Under the pieces are notes generated by a model. The model made no database searches, was not told where the DNA came from, and was given only the letters and a program-made list of their open reading frames with translations. Positions 1 to 10,232 of a stretch of 64,000 bases of DNA are shown one piece after another. The stretch comes from Candidatus Omnitrophota bacterium (GTDB lineage: Bacteria; Omnitrophota; Gorgyraeia; Gygaellales; Profunditerraquicolaceae): contig JAZDMX010000023.1 in the NCBI GenBank assembly GCA_043800555.1, positions 9,101 through 73,100 on the forward strand, in the 5' to 3' direction. How positions within the stretch are numbered: the first letter of the stretch is position 1; each line of letters begins with the position of its first letter. A program made the position numbers and the translations under genes.

Positions 1-55
1 GGGGGACGTTTCTACTTCTCCAGCTTTAGGCTCTAGAAAAGTAGAAACGTCCCCC
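1..55. repeat. REP-like palindromic element, copy 1
   Basis: GGGGGACGTTTCTACTTCTC-N15-GAAAAGTAGAAACGTCCCCC inverted repeat; the same arms recur at 3607, 27023, 35879, 37252 and 57120. Confidence 0.9.
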
Positions 56-79
56 TTTTTTTTCGTCTCCTTTTTTTCC

Positions 80-107
80 TTGACAAAACTCAAGTTAATG
101 ATATGCT
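80..107 (+). promoter_or_regulatory. sigma70-like promoter for the MerR-ExeA-secretin operon
   Basis: TTGACA (80-85), 16 nt, TATGCT (102-107), upstream of ATG 127. Confidence 0.45.
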
Positions 108-126
108 CTCTAGGTAGAGAGCGGAT

Positions 127-357
127 ATGGATACCAACCAAAACATTTACCTAATTAAGGATCTGGCAAGATTAACCGGTTATTCAATTTATACTATCAA
201 ATATTACCTCAAAATCGGCCTAATCAAAGAAACCGGGCGCTTTCCCGAAACCCATTACAGGTATTTCAACGATACCACCATAAAAACACTCAAAGACATA
301 CATAATTTAAGAAAAGAGAATAAATCGATACGGGAAATCAAAAATGAGTTATTATAA
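127..357 (+). CDS. MerR-family HTH protein
   Basis: YLIKDLARLTGYSIYTIKYYLKIGLI...YRYF is a MerR HTH pattern. Confidence 0.8.
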   Translation: MDTNQNIYLIKDLARLTGYSIYTIKYYLKIGLIKETGRFPETHYRYFNDTTIKTLKDIHNLRKENKSIREIKNELL

Positions 358-1168
358 GGCCCTAAATCTGCAAAAAGAGCCGTTCTCAACCAGCCCCGAC
401 CCCGGGCTCCTATACCGCTCTGCCAGCCATGACACTGCCTTAAAACGCCTGGAGATAGCCATCAGGCTAAGGCGCGGCTTGAGCCTGGTTTTGGGCGACG
501 TGGGAACAGGCAAGACCACCCTCTCCCGGGCGCTCTTGCAGGCATTTAAAGAAGAGGATGATTTTATTTTTCATATGATCCTTGACCCCAACTATAAATC
601 CGAATTTCAGTTTCTCCTTAGCCTAGTGAAAATGTTCGGAATTACTCCTAATTTTAAGTCTACTCTCGATTTTAAAGAAGCGCTGGAAAAATACCTGTTT
701 CAAAAGGGCGTGGAAGAAAATAAAACCATAGTCTTATTGATTGATGAAAGCCAAAAAATCACGCCTGAAAACCTGGAAGTCCTAAGGACCCTTCTCAACT
801 ACGAAACCAACGAATATAAGTTACTGCAGCTGGTAATAGTCGGCCAGACCGAACTTCTGCCCAGGATACAACGTATCCGCAATTTTATGGACCGCATTGC
901 GTTAAAATATACGATTAACCCGCTTGATCAGAACGAAACCCGGGAAATGATCGAATTCAGGCTTAAACAGGCGGGGCTGGCCGACCCGGCAAAACTCTTT
1001 ACGGAGAAAGCAGTTTGGTCTATCTATGAACACACTCAAGGTTATCCGCGCAAGATTGCCATGCTTTGCCATGATTGCCTGGAAACCATAGTCATGAAAG
1101 AGCTACCGGCCGTTGACGCTGCAACAGTAAACGCCTTGATTCTTCAAGAAAAGAAGTATGAAAAATAA
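344..1168 (+). CDS. ExeA/GspA-like AAA ATPase (secretion/pilus associated)
   Basis: EPFSTSPDP N-terminus, Walker A GDVGTGKT, Walker B LLIDESQ, IVGQTEL, GYPRKI. Confidence 0.85.
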   Translation: MSYYKALNLQKEPFSTSPDPGLLYRSASHDTALKRLEIAIRLRRGLSLVLGDVGTGKTTLSRALLQAFKEEDDFIFHMILDPNYKSEFQFLLSLVKMFGITPNFKSTLDFKEALEKYLFQKGVEENKTIVLLIDESQKITPENLEVLRTLLNYETNEYKLLQLVIVGQTELLPRIQRIRNFMDRIALKYTINPLDQNETREMIEFRLKQAGLADPAKLFTEKAVWSIYEHTQGYPRKIAMLCHDCLETIVMKELPAVDAATVNALILQEKKYEK

Positions 1169-1724
1169 TATAAGCCCCGAAGAAAAACTTTTGCGCCTGA
1201 TACGCGGCCAAAAATGGGCTAAAGATACCGGTAAGCCGTCCCCTAAGAAAAAGGTTCATTTTCCTTCAATAAGCCTTAAAAAATGTTTTTTAATTATTTT
1301 TACAGCCTCGTGCGCTTATCTGGCCTTTTCACTGGCTTACGCTCTATTTATGCCAAAAGATACCGGCTCCTTAAAAATACCTGAAAAAGACCATCCGGCT
1401 GATAGTATCAACCCGGCTCAAGGCGTAAAGTCTTACGAATTCTATTCCGAAACAATAAAAGGCAGGAATATATTCAATAATCCGGGACCTCAAGGCGATA
1501 CGGAAAACGCTGCGGTCGTCATGGGAGATGACCTGCTAAAGGACATTAACCTTGTCGGCATCATTGCCGGAGACACCCCGCAGGCAGTTGTTGAAGACAA
1601 AAAGTCGCAAAAAACTTACTACGTGGTTAAAAACCAATTTATCGGCAGATTCCAGGTAGAAGATATTCAAAACGGGAAAATCATCCTTAGGTCTAACGGA
1701 CAAAAATATGAACTCTTTTTATAA
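1158..1724 (+). CDS. GspC/PilP-like membrane-anchored secretion protein
   Basis: One TM helix; C-terminal LVGIIAGDTPQAVVED...V..I....I.L pattern; lies between ExeA and the secretin. Confidence 0.6.
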   Translation: MKNNISPEEKLLRLIRGQKWAKDTGKPSPKKKVHFPSISLKKCFLIIFTASCAYLAFSLAYALFMPKDTGSLKIPEKDHPADSINPAQGVKSYEFYSETIKGRNIFNNPGPQGDTENAAVVMGDDLLKDINLVGIIAGDTPQAVVEDKKSQKTYYVVKNQFIGRFQVEDIQNGKIILRSNGQKYELFL

Positions 1725-1743
1725 TATTAAGGAGGGTTGGTCA

Positions 1744-3600
1744 ATGCACAAAGCTATCCTTTTAGTTGCGCTTGCTGCGTTATTTGCCTGCGGCATCCGG
1801 ATTGAAGGTTTTGCGGAAGAGGGCCTGCCACAGGAAGAGCAGGGTATCGCGGCCTCCGGCCATTCAAACAGAATTTCCCTCGATGTCAAAGATATGGATA
1901 TTGTGGACGTATTAAAAATCCTTACAAGCCATTCGGGGATGAATATAGTCATCGGAAAAAATGTCGCCGCCCGGGTTACCCTTTTTCTTAAAGACGTCGA
2001 CATCCGGGATGCCTTTGAGATAATCCTTCTGGCCAATGACCTGGCTTACGATAAGCAGGATGGCATAATCAACATTATGTCTGGCAGAGACTACGAGATG
2101 ATTTACGGCACCCCTTTCCGGGACAAAAAGCAAGCTAGGATAATCAAGCTGGAATACGCCAAAGCAGCCGATATTGTGCGCGCGCTGAACCAGTTTAAAA
2201 CCAATTCCGGGCGCATAATCGCGGACGAAGGGACCAACACTATCGCCATAATCGATGTCCCTGAAGTGACTAAGAGCATGGAGGACTTTATCGCCAAAGC
2301 CGACGCTCCCCTGCAAACAAAAGTATTTGATTTGAATTATGCCCAAGCGGAGAAGCTTAACGCCAGCCTGCAGGAAATACTGACAAAAAATATCGGCAGA
2401 ATAAAAATTGACGAACGCACAAATAAAATGGTTGTAACCGATTACCCGCAAATAATCAATGAAATAAGCAAAATAATCAAAGCGTTTGACGAAAAGAATA
2501 TGCAAGTCTTAATCAACGCTCAAATAATCAACCTGACCCCTTCGGATCAATTCCAAATGGGGGTAAACTGGGACTACTGGATAAAGAAATATATCGATGT
2601 CAAGCTATCCCTGCCCGTAAATACCGCTAATGCCCTGTTTGTGGGAACGAACAAAACCGGCGACCCTAATCACCCGGGCCAATTCAAGGCAATTGTCGAT
2701 ATTTTACGCACTATCGGAGACGCAAAGGTTTTATCAAGCCCCAGGATCATCTCTTTAAACAACCAGGAAGCAAAAATCCACGTGGGCACCCGGGACGCTT
2801 ATATCACCTCGACAACGTCCCAAAGCGGCAGCGGCACCGCCGTAACTTCGCAAGAAGTTAACTTTGTCGACTGGGGCATACAATTATATGTTACTCCCAC
2901 TATAAATAAGGAAGGCTTCATTACAATGAAAATCAAGCCCGAATTAAGCGATGCTACCCGCACCGATATTAAATCAGAAGGGCAAATTACACAGGTGCCT
3001 ATCATAACTACTTCCGAATCCGAAAGCACCGTAACGGTCAAAGACGGTGTAACAATAATCATCGGCGGTTTAAGGAAGGACAAGAGGATAAAAACCGTAA
3101 AGCAGATCCCTGTTTTGGGAGACATACCGGGGCTGGGAATGCTCTTTAGGTCTACGGACGATAAAACCGAAATAAATGAACTGATAATACTGCTTACCCC
3201 GCATATAATTACGGGCGAAAAGTCTTATTCGGATGTCTCCGAGCTTGCCCCCAAAGACGGCGTAGTGGCAAAAATGGAAGGCGGGAACATAGTTTTTTCT
3301 AAAACTTCCCCTGCTGCCGACAATACCTCTGCTTATTACCGCTCTATAGTCGATAAAGTAAAGGCTACAGCGTTGCTTATCCGGCCGAAAGGAGAAAAAG
3401 CAAGAGGAGAGGTCAGGCTGAACTTCGTGCTCTACAAAGACGGCACCATTATTGACGGGCCGTATATAGAAAAAACGAATAACCCCGAATTAAATTTGAA
3501 AGCAATTGAAGCAGTAAGGCTGGCTGCTCCATTTCAACCATTACCTCTTAAAGAAGATAAGGATAGGAAAAATTTCAGCATATGTTTGTCTTATGAGTAA
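1744..3600 (+). CDS. Secretin (GspD/PilQ family) with C-terminal TonB_C-like domain
   Basis: Signal peptide; ISLDVKDMDI STN domain; LSSPRIISLNNQEAKIHVG; IPVLGDIPGLGMLFRS...ELIILLTPHI; start placed at ATG 1744 after GGAGGG. Confidence 0.85.
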   Translation: MHKAILLVALAALFACGIRIEGFAEEGLPQEEQGIAASGHSNRISLDVKDMDIVDVLKILTSHSGMNIVIGKNVAARVTLFLKDVDIRDAFEIILLANDLAYDKQDGIINIMSGRDYEMIYGTPFRDKKQARIIKLEYAKAADIVRALNQFKTNSGRIIADEGTNTIAIIDVPEVTKSMEDFIAKADAPLQTKVFDLNYAQAEKLNASLQEILTKNIGRIKIDERTNKMVVTDYPQIINEISKIIKAFDEKNMQVLINAQIINLTPSDQFQMGVNWDYWIKKYIDVKLSLPVNTANALFVGTNKTGDPNHPGQFKAIVDILRTIGDAKVLSSPRIISLNNQEAKIHVGTRDAYITSTTSQSGSGTAVTSQEVNFVDWGIQLYVTPTINKEGFITMKIKPELSDATRTDIKSEGQITQVPIITTSESESTVTVKDGVTIIIGGLRKDKRIKTVKQIPVLGDIPGLGMLFRSTDDKTEINELIILLTPHIITGEKSYSDVSELAPKDGVVAKMEGGNIVFSKTSPAADNTSAYYRSIVDKVKATALLIRPKGEKARGEVRLNFVLYKDGTIIDGPYIEKTNNPELNLKAIEAVRLAAPFQPLPLKEDKDRKNFSICLSYE

Positions 3601-3606
3601 AGAAAA

Positions 3607-3661
3607 GGGGGACGTTTCTACTTTTCCGGCAATCAGTCTCGAGAAAAGTAGAAACGTCCCC
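3607..3661. repeat. REP-like palindromic element, copy 2
   Basis: GGGGGACGTTTCTACTTTTC-CGGCAATCAGTCTCGA-GAAAAGTAGAAACGTCCCC. Confidence 0.9.
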
Positions 3662-3707
3662 TATTTTCTGGCAACGTCCCTATTTTTTGCGATCTTAAAC
3701 TTTGACC

Positions 3708-3736
3708 TTGACACCGTAACATTTTGCTGTTATTAT
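3708..3736 (+). promoter_or_regulatory. sigma70-like promoter upstream of HU/hisS
   Basis: TTGACA, 17 nt, TATTAT with extended -10 TG. Confidence 0.5.
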
Positions 3737-3807
3737 ACTTAGCAAATAAGCCTTACCCTGCGGCAAGGCGGGGATGCTTGCTTAGACAGGCAACGGAGGA
3801 TAAAAAA

Positions 3808-4080
3808 ATGACTAAAAAAGATATTATTCTAAAAGTAGCTGATGAAACCGGAATAAAACAGATAGATGTCAAACTCGTAATCCAGAAAACCTTTGACTGT
3901 ATTATCGAAGCTTTGGTCAGGGGGGAAAAAATAGAATTGCGCAATTTCGGGGTTTTTAAGATCAAGCAGCGAAAAAGCCGCACGGGCAGAAATCCGCGCA
4001 CCAATCAGATCATACCTGTCCCTCCCAGAAAAGTGGTTGTCTTTAAATCCGGCTTGGAGATGAAACAAAAAGTAAAATAA
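3808..4080 (+). CDS. HU/IHF family DNA-binding protein
   Basis: MTKKDII...IELRNFGVFKIKQRKSRTGRNPRT; RBS GGAGG before ATG 3808. Confidence 0.9.
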   Translation: MTKKDIILKVADETGIKQIDVKLVIQKTFDCIIEALVRGEKIELRNFGVFKIKQRKSRTGRNPRTNQIIPVPPRKVVVFKSGLEMKQKVK

Positions 4081-4119
4081 CCTGCATACTACGCACTAAA
4101 CCTACATACTGGCATATTA

Positions 4120-5355
4120 ATGTTTAAAAGAGTATCCGGGACCAAAGATATCTTACCTGATGAAGCGATCCTATGGCAGCGCCTAGAAGAGATCAGCCGC
4201 GACACCTTCTCTTTATATAATTTCAAGGAAATCCGGACCCCCTTAATCGAAGAAGCGGCTTTATTCAACCGTTCCCTGGGGGAAACCGCTGAAATCGTCC
4301 AGAAACAGATGTTCCTCATCAACAATAAAGAGGAAACTTATGCCCTGCGGCCGGAAGGCACGGCTTCAATCGTGCGCGCCTATATCGAGAACAATCTCGA
4401 TAAAACAAGCGGGTTTGTCAAATTATTCTACACCGGCCCGATGTTCAGGCTGGAGCGGCCGCAGAAGGGGCGCTTAAGGCAGTTCCATCATATCGGCTGC
4501 GAGGCAATCGGCTCTTTCGACGCAAGGCTGGACGTTGAAATCATCGCCCTAGCCGATAACTTATTACGCAATTTTTCCATAGAAGGCTATAAAATAAAAT
4601 TGAACAGCCTCGGCTGCGCGCCCGACAAACAAAAGCTGGTAGAGGCCCTCAGGAAGGGCCTTAATGCCAAATCGGAAAAACTCTGCCCCGAATGCGTAAA
4701 CAGGCTTAAAAACAACCCTTTGCGGATCCTGGATTGCAAAAATGACGCCTGCAAAGAAACTGCCGCGGAATTAAATATTTCAGAAGGCTGCCTTTGCCCG
4801 GATTGTTCGGAGCATTTTAACAAAGTCAAAACCGGGCTGGACTTCTTGAACATAAAATATGAAATTGACCCGCGCCTTGTGCGGGGCCTGGATTATTACA
4901 CGGGGACAGTCTTTGAGATATCGCAAAAAAGCTTAGGCGCCCAGGACGCTATCGGAGCCGGAGGCAGGTATAATAATTTGACTCGGGAATTAGGCGGGCC
5001 GCAGGCCGGGGCTATGGGTTTTGCCTTTGGCGTAGAAAGGCTGCTGTTGGCCCAGGCAGAAACTGTCAAAATACAAAGCAAAAACCTGGTTTACCTGATA
5101 ACCCTGGGAGAGCCCGCAAAATTAGAAGGCTTCAGGATACTGGATGAATTACGCAAAAACGGGATCCCCTGCGATACCAATTTCGAGGACAAATCCTTAA
5201 AAGGGGCCATGCGCAAAGCAGATGATTTAAACGCGCGGCTGGTCCTGATCATCGGAGACAATGAAATCGAAAAAGGGGTCATTACCTTAAGGGATATGGG
5301 TTCCGGCAGGCAGGTTGAAGTAAAAACAAAAGAAATGCTAAAGGAAGTCAGATGA
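4120..5355 (+). CDS. hisS: Histidine--tRNA ligase
   Basis: LRPEGTA, RPQKGRLRQFHH, LVRGLDYYTG, GFAFGVERL. Confidence 0.97.
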   Translation: MFKRVSGTKDILPDEAILWQRLEEISRDTFSLYNFKEIRTPLIEEAALFNRSLGETAEIVQKQMFLINNKEETYALRPEGTASIVRAYIENNLDKTSGFVKLFYTGPMFRLERPQKGRLRQFHHIGCEAIGSFDARLDVEIIALADNLLRNFSIEGYKIKLNSLGCAPDKQKLVEALRKGLNAKSEKLCPECVNRLKNNPLRILDCKNDACKETAAELNISEGCLCPDCSEHFNKVKTGLDFLNIKYEIDPRLVRGLDYYTGTVFEISQKSLGAQDAIGAGGRYNNLTRELGGPQAGAMGFAFGVERLLLAQAETVKIQSKNLVYLITLGEPAKLEGFRILDELRKNGIPCDTNFEDKSLKGAMRKADDLNARLVLIIGDNEIEKGVITLRDMGSGRQVEVKTKEMLKEVR

Positions 5356-6752
5356 TACGGACGCACACTTGCTCCGAATTAACAACCAATGACCTGGATA
5401 AGGAAGTTATCTTATGCGGCTGGGTGGCCCGCAGGCGCGACCATGGCAAGCTTATTTTTATAGATATCCGGGACAGAAGCGGTTTTACCCAGGTTGTTTT
5501 CATCCCTAAGGAATCCGGGGAGGCTTATAATATCGCCCAAGGGCTAAGGGTTGAATTTGTGGTAAAACTCTTTGGCAAGGTAAATAAACGGCCGCAGGGG
5601 ACGATTAACGCTAAATTAAAAACAGGAGAAATCGAAGTTTTGGCAAAAGGCCTGGAAATCCTAAGCCCAAGCGCCAATCCACCGTTTGAAATTGCCGACG
5701 AAACAGGGGTCACCGAAGAAACCCGGCTCAAATACCGCTACCTTGACCTAAGAAGAAAAAAGCCGTTCGACAACCTTTTATTAAGGAGCAACCTCTACAA
5801 GATCATCCGTTCTTACCTTGATTCGCAAAAATTTATCGAATGCGAAACGCCGATACTGACCAAATCCACTCCGGAAGGCGCCCGCGACTACCTGGTCCCC
5901 TCAAGGCTTAATCCCGGGCAATTCTACGCGCTCCCGCAATCCCCCCAATTATTCAAACAGATACTGATGGTTGCCGGGATAGAGCGGTATTATCAAATCG
6001 CCAAATGCTTCCGCGACGAAGACTTAAGGGCCGACCGCCAGCCGGAATTTACCCAGCTGGATATGGAGATGTCTTTTATCGACGAAGAAGATACCTACGC
6101 CATAATCGAAGAATTAATGTTTAAGATATTCAAAGAGCTCAAAGGGGTGGAAATAAAAATACCTTTCCCGCGCCTAACATTCAGCCAGGCGCAGGAAAAA
6201 TACAAAACGGATAAGCCGGATTTACGCAAAGAGCTTAAGGCTGAATTCGCGTTTGCCTGGGTAGTGGAATTCCCTTTATTTAAATATAACGAACAGGAAA
6301 AACGCTGGGAGAGCGAACACCATCCTTTTACCGCTCCGGCAGAAGCCGATTTGGCAAACATAGAGGCCTCTCCCGATAAGGTAAAATCCCGCTCTTACGA
6401 CCTGGTCTTAAACGGCACGGAGCTGGGTTCAGGCTCAATAAGGATCCACAACCAAAATTTGCAAGAAAGGATATTCCGGATCATCGGCATCGACAAAGAG
6501 AATGCCTTGCTGCGTTTTGGCTTCCTGCTGGAGGCTTTTCAATTCGGCGCGCCTCCTCACGGCGGGTTTGCCTTTGGCACAGACAGGCTCTTAAGCATTT
6601 TAAGCGGCGAAAGCAGCATAAGGGAAGTGATCACCTTTCCCAAGACGAGCGCGGGAATTTGCCCGTTGACTAACGCGCCTTCGAATGTAGATGAAAAACA
6701 ACTCAAAGAATTGAATATCGCATTAAGGAGTAAAGCGGCCCATAATTTGTAA
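5352..6752 (+). CDS. aspS: Aspartate--tRNA ligase (short form, GAD insertion apparently absent)
   Basis: RRDHGKL, STPEGARDYLVPSR, CFRDEDLRADRQPEFTQLD, GAPPHGG. Confidence 0.95.
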   Translation: MIRTHTCSELTTNDLDKEVILCGWVARRRDHGKLIFIDIRDRSGFTQVVFIPKESGEAYNIAQGLRVEFVVKLFGKVNKRPQGTINAKLKTGEIEVLAKGLEILSPSANPPFEIADETGVTEETRLKYRYLDLRRKKPFDNLLLRSNLYKIIRSYLDSQKFIECETPILTKSTPEGARDYLVPSRLNPGQFYALPQSPQLFKQILMVAGIERYYQIAKCFRDEDLRADRQPEFTQLDMEMSFIDEEDTYAIIEELMFKIFKELKGVEIKIPFPRLTFSQAQEKYKTDKPDLRKELKAEFAFAWVVEFPLFKYNEQEKRWESEHHPFTAPAEADLANIEASPDKVKSRSYDLVLNGTELGSGSIRIHNQNLQERIFRIIGIDKENALLRFGFLLEAFQFGAPPHGGFAFGTDRLLSILSGESSIREVITFPKTSAGICPLTNAPSNVDEKQLKELNIALRSKAAHNL

Positions 6753-6801
6753 CAAGTTAAATAGTAACCGTAAACTTTAGGCTAAGAAAGAGGAGGAAAA
6801 G

Positions 6802-7371
6802 ATGTGCAGGAAAAATTTGTTTTATTTAACAGGCTTGTCTCTGGTTTTATTGCTCTCGGGTTGCGTCAGCCGGACATATTCTTTGACAAAAGACAGGGTT
6901 GACCAGAATTTGTCCGCCGGTAACCATGGTTATATCAGCGGAAAGTCCCCGGACGAAAAAACAGCCCCGAGGAAAACAGAGCGCACCATTAGAGTTTTTG
7001 AGTTTGAATTCGGCAAGCCTTATAGGGCCAAACAGGTAAATGCGCCGCTATTATCGCAGCAGCAAGGCTCAAATAACTTCGCCGGCATCAAGGAAAGCGA
7101 AATTAGCGAAGAGCCGGCCAGGGAAGAATCAAGCGCTTCCAAAAGCTCAACCGGCCGCCAATATGCCGTAGAGAAAAATGATACCCTGCAAAAAATATCC
7201 CAGAAATTCTACGGGACAACCAAGAAATGGACGAAAATTTACAATGCCAACAAGGACGTCTTAAAAGGGCCGGATAAGGTTTACCCCGGGCAAACGCTCA
7301 ACATACCGGATGCCGAAAAAGTTGAACAGGCCGCCGAGAAATTAGAAGAGCCGAAAGAAAACCTCAAATAG
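6802..7371 (+). CDS. LysM-domain lipoprotein
   Basis: Lipobox LSGC; YAVEKNDTLQKISQKFYG...IYNAN...YPGQTLNIP. Confidence 0.85.
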   Translation: MCRKNLFYLTGLSLVLLLSGCVSRTYSLTKDRVDQNLSAGNHGYISGKSPDEKTAPRKTERTIRVFEFEFGKPYRAKQVNAPLLSQQQGSNNFAGIKESEISEEPAREESSASKSSTGRQYAVEKNDTLQKISQKFYGTTKKWTKIYNANKDVLKGPDKVYPGQTLNIPDAEKVEQAAEKLEEPKENLK

Positions 7372-7422
7372 ATAAATCCGGCTTACGGGGCAACTAGGCC
7401 TAAGCCGGCCAAATCATAAGGC

Positions 7423-8385
7423 ATGGATAAAACAATTAAGCTGCAGACCCACCGGGAAGCGCAGGATTTCTTTGGCCTGCGCGACGACAAAGCCAGGCTG
7501 ATCGAAAAGGAATTTAAGGTAAAACTGGCCCTGCGCGGAGAATACCTGAAATTAAGCGGGACCTCGACAAACATAAAGAAGGCTGCCGGGCTTATTGAAC
7601 ATCTCCTGGGCGCCTACCGCCTGGGCAAAGAGGAAACGGGGAAATTAGAAGACCTGGCCTATCTTATTTCCTCTTTTAAAAACCCCCGGAAAACAAGCTC
7701 TTTAGAGATCCCTAAAAGCAACATTACCCGCGGCGCCAGCGGAAAACAAATCGGGCCCAAGACAAGCGGCCAAAGGGAATATGTAGAGGCAATAAATAAA
7801 CACGATATTGTTTTCGGTATCGGCCCGGCGGGAACGGGAAAAACTTACCTGGCGATGAGCTGCGCGGTCGAAGCCCTGAAAAAACAGGCCGTGCGCAGGA
7901 TTATCCTTACGCGCCCGGCAATCGAAGCGGGGGAATCGCTGGGATTCTTGCCGGGGGATATGCAGGAAAAGATATCGCCATATTTAAGGCCGATGTATGA
8001 CGCCCTCTACGATATGATGGAAGCCGAACGCATTGAAAAATACCTTGAAACCGGGATCATTGAAGTCGCTCCTTTAGCTTATATGAGAGGAAGGACGCTT
8101 AATGACGCCTTCATCATCCTGGATGAAGCGCAAAACTGCACCGCCGAGCAGATGAAGATGTTCCTGACGCGCCTGGGCTTTGATTCTAAAGCGGTAATAA
8201 CCGGGGATATAACCCAAAGCGACCTGCCTAACGGCAAGCCAGTCGGGCTTTTGCAGGCGCAGGAGATCCTGGATTCCACCCAAGGGATTAAATTTATCTA
8301 CTTCAGCGGTTCTGACGTAGTAAGGCACGCGTTGGTCCAAAGGATTATCGAAGCGTATAATGACAAAGCTAACCGGAAAAATTAG
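7423..8385 (+). CDS. phoH: PhoH-family ATPase
   Basis: GPAGTGKT, RPAIEAGESLGFLPG, AYMRGRTL, DEAQN. Confidence 0.93.
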   Translation: MDKTIKLQTHREAQDFFGLRDDKARLIEKEFKVKLALRGEYLKLSGTSTNIKKAAGLIEHLLGAYRLGKEETGKLEDLAYLISSFKNPRKTSSLEIPKSNITRGASGKQIGPKTSGQREYVEAINKHDIVFGIGPAGTGKTYLAMSCAVEALKKQAVRRIILTRPAIEAGESLGFLPGDMQEKISPYLRPMYDALYDMMEAERIEKYLETGIIEVAPLAYMRGRTLNDAFIILDEAQNCTAEQMKMFLTRLGFDSKAVITGDITQSDLPNGKPVGLLQAQEILDSTQGIKFIYFSGSDVVRHALVQRIIEAYNDKANRKN

Positions 8386-9694
8386 CCTTAAACCAATCGC
8401 CTTAGCGGCTCTGGCGTTAATTTTGAGCTATATCTCCCAGTTCAACCTGGCCGTAACCTTATCTATCATAGTTTTATGCGTTTACCTGGAATCGAGGAAA
8501 CTGGGCCTGAAAAGCTGCAAATTGCTGAATCTCGCCCTGCTTTATCTTGCCGCCGTTGCCAGCGGCTACATCCTTATCAAGCATAATTTCCCGGCATATT
8601 ACATCCCTTTTTCCGTAGCCCCTATGCTGGCAACGTTATTATTCGGGGACTTGGAGATTTCCTTATTGATAGCCCTGGCTTCCTCGGTTTCGTTTGCTTC
8701 ATTTACGCCGGCTTATCCTTTGCAAACAATGATGCTTTCCTTAACCGGAGGCATAGCTTCCAGTATACTTGTGCTGGGGGCGCGTAAACGCAATACCATC
8801 ATCCGCGCCGGGTTCCTGATAGCGGTATTCCAGGTATTAACCCTGGTATTTGCGGAAAATTTACGGATAACCTCTGCCGAAAGATACGTGGTCCTTTTTA
8901 TAAACGGGATAGTCTCAAGTGTAATCGTCCTGGGGATTTTGCCGGTTTTCGAATACCTATTTAATACCGCAACCAATATCAGCCTGCTGGAACTGGCTGA
9001 TTTTCATCATCCGCTCCTTCAACGCCTGCTGCAGGAAGCTCCCGGCACCTACCACCACAGCCTGGTTGTCGGCAATCTTTCCGAAAGCGCCTGCCGCGCG
9101 GTAGGGGCCAATGCCCTGCTGGCAAGAATCGGCGCTTATTACCATGATATCGGTAAGCTCCAAAAACCGGAATATTTCAGCGAAAACCAAGCCAGCGAGA
9201 AAAATAAACACATAGACCTTTCCCCCTCGATGAGCAAGCTGGTAATCATGAACCATGTCAAAGAAGGAGTGGAGCTGGCAAAAAAATACCGGCTTAGCCC
9301 TTCTTTAACCGATTTCATCCAACAGCACCACGGGAACAGCTTAGTCTATTACTTTTACCGCCGGGCGCTGGAAAATATCGAAGAGGACCAAGACGTAAAA
9401 GAGGAGGGCTTCCGTTACCCCGGGCCAAAACCCGGGACCAAAGAAACCGCCATAGTATTATTGGCTGATTCTGTGGAAGCGGCTGCGCGGGCCCTAAAAG
9501 ACCCTAACCCCGGAAAAATCGAAGAACTGGTGCACAAAATAATCAACAATAAGTTTATTGACGGGCAGCTCGACGAATGCGAGTTGACCCTTAAAGACCT
9601 CGAGAAGATTTCAGCGGTCTTTATCCGCCTGCTTTGCGGCATATACCATAACCGGGCAAGCTATCCCGAAGAAAAAAACAATTTCGCCCCCTAA
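8360..9694 (+). CDS. 7TM HD (HDIG) phosphohydrolase, PgpH-like
   Basis: Multiple TM helices; APGTYHHS, YYHDIGK, QHHG, LADSVEAA; phoH-ybeY context. Confidence 0.85.
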   Translation: MTKLTGKISLKPIALAALALILSYISQFNLAVTLSIIVLCVYLESRKLGLKSCKLLNLALLYLAAVASGYILIKHNFPAYYIPFSVAPMLATLLFGDLEISLLIALASSVSFASFTPAYPLQTMMLSLTGGIASSILVLGARKRNTIIRAGFLIAVFQVLTLVFAENLRITSAERYVVLFINGIVSSVIVLGILPVFEYLFNTATNISLLELADFHHPLLQRLLQEAPGTYHHSLVVGNLSESACRAVGANALLARIGAYYHDIGKLQKPEYFSENQASEKNKHIDLSPSMSKLVIMNHVKEGVELAKKYRLSPSLTDFIQQHHGNSLVYYFYRRALENIEEDQDVKEEGFRYPGPKPGTKETAIVLLADSVEAAARALKDPNPGKIEELVHKIINNKFIDGQLDECELTLKDLEKISAVFIRLLCGIYHNRASYPEEKNNFAP

Positions 9695-9776
9695 CCCCCT
9701 GGATATTCATAATTCAATAAATCAAATTGCAAGATAAACGCGTAAATTGCGCTTAGACAGTGAAAGAAGGCAAAAA

Positions 9777-10232
9777 GTGGAGATAACCGTAAGGAACCTG
9801 CAGAAGAAAATCCCCGTCTATCCAAAGAGGACAAAAGAATTGGTCCTTAGGCTCTTAAAGGGAGAGGGGGTAAAAAAAGGCGATATAAGCGTATCGTTTG
9901 TAAGCGATAGGGAAATCTCAAAGCTTAATTTGAAATATTTAAACGAAAACAGGCCTACCGATGTCCTGGCGTTTGGCTTGGCAGGCGGCAATAAAAAGAT
10001 ATCCGGGGACATAATCATATCCGCTGAAACAGCCGCCCGCAATTCCCGGATTTACAAGACCACCCCCATTTACGAATTGGATTTATACTCTGCCCACGGC
10101 TGCCTGCATTTATTGGGATATAACGACAACTCCCCGAAAAATACGAAAATAATGCGCGAGAAAGAATCCAAATACGCTAAATTTACGCCAACCGGATCCG
10201 TCAAATGCCAATCCATAAAACCGAAGCGATAA
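9777..10232 (+). CDS. ybeY: rRNA maturation endoribonuclease YbeY
   Basis: PTDVLAF, GDIIIS, HGCLHLLGYND; start (GTG 9777) uncertain. Confidence 0.85.
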   Translation: MEITVRNLQKKIPVYPKRTKELVLRLLKGEGVKKGDISVSFVSDREISKLNLKYLNENRPTDVLAFGLAGGNKKISGDIIISAETAARNSRIYKTTPIYELDLYSAHGCLHLLGYNDNSPKNTKIMREKESKYAKFTPTGSVKCQSIKPKR

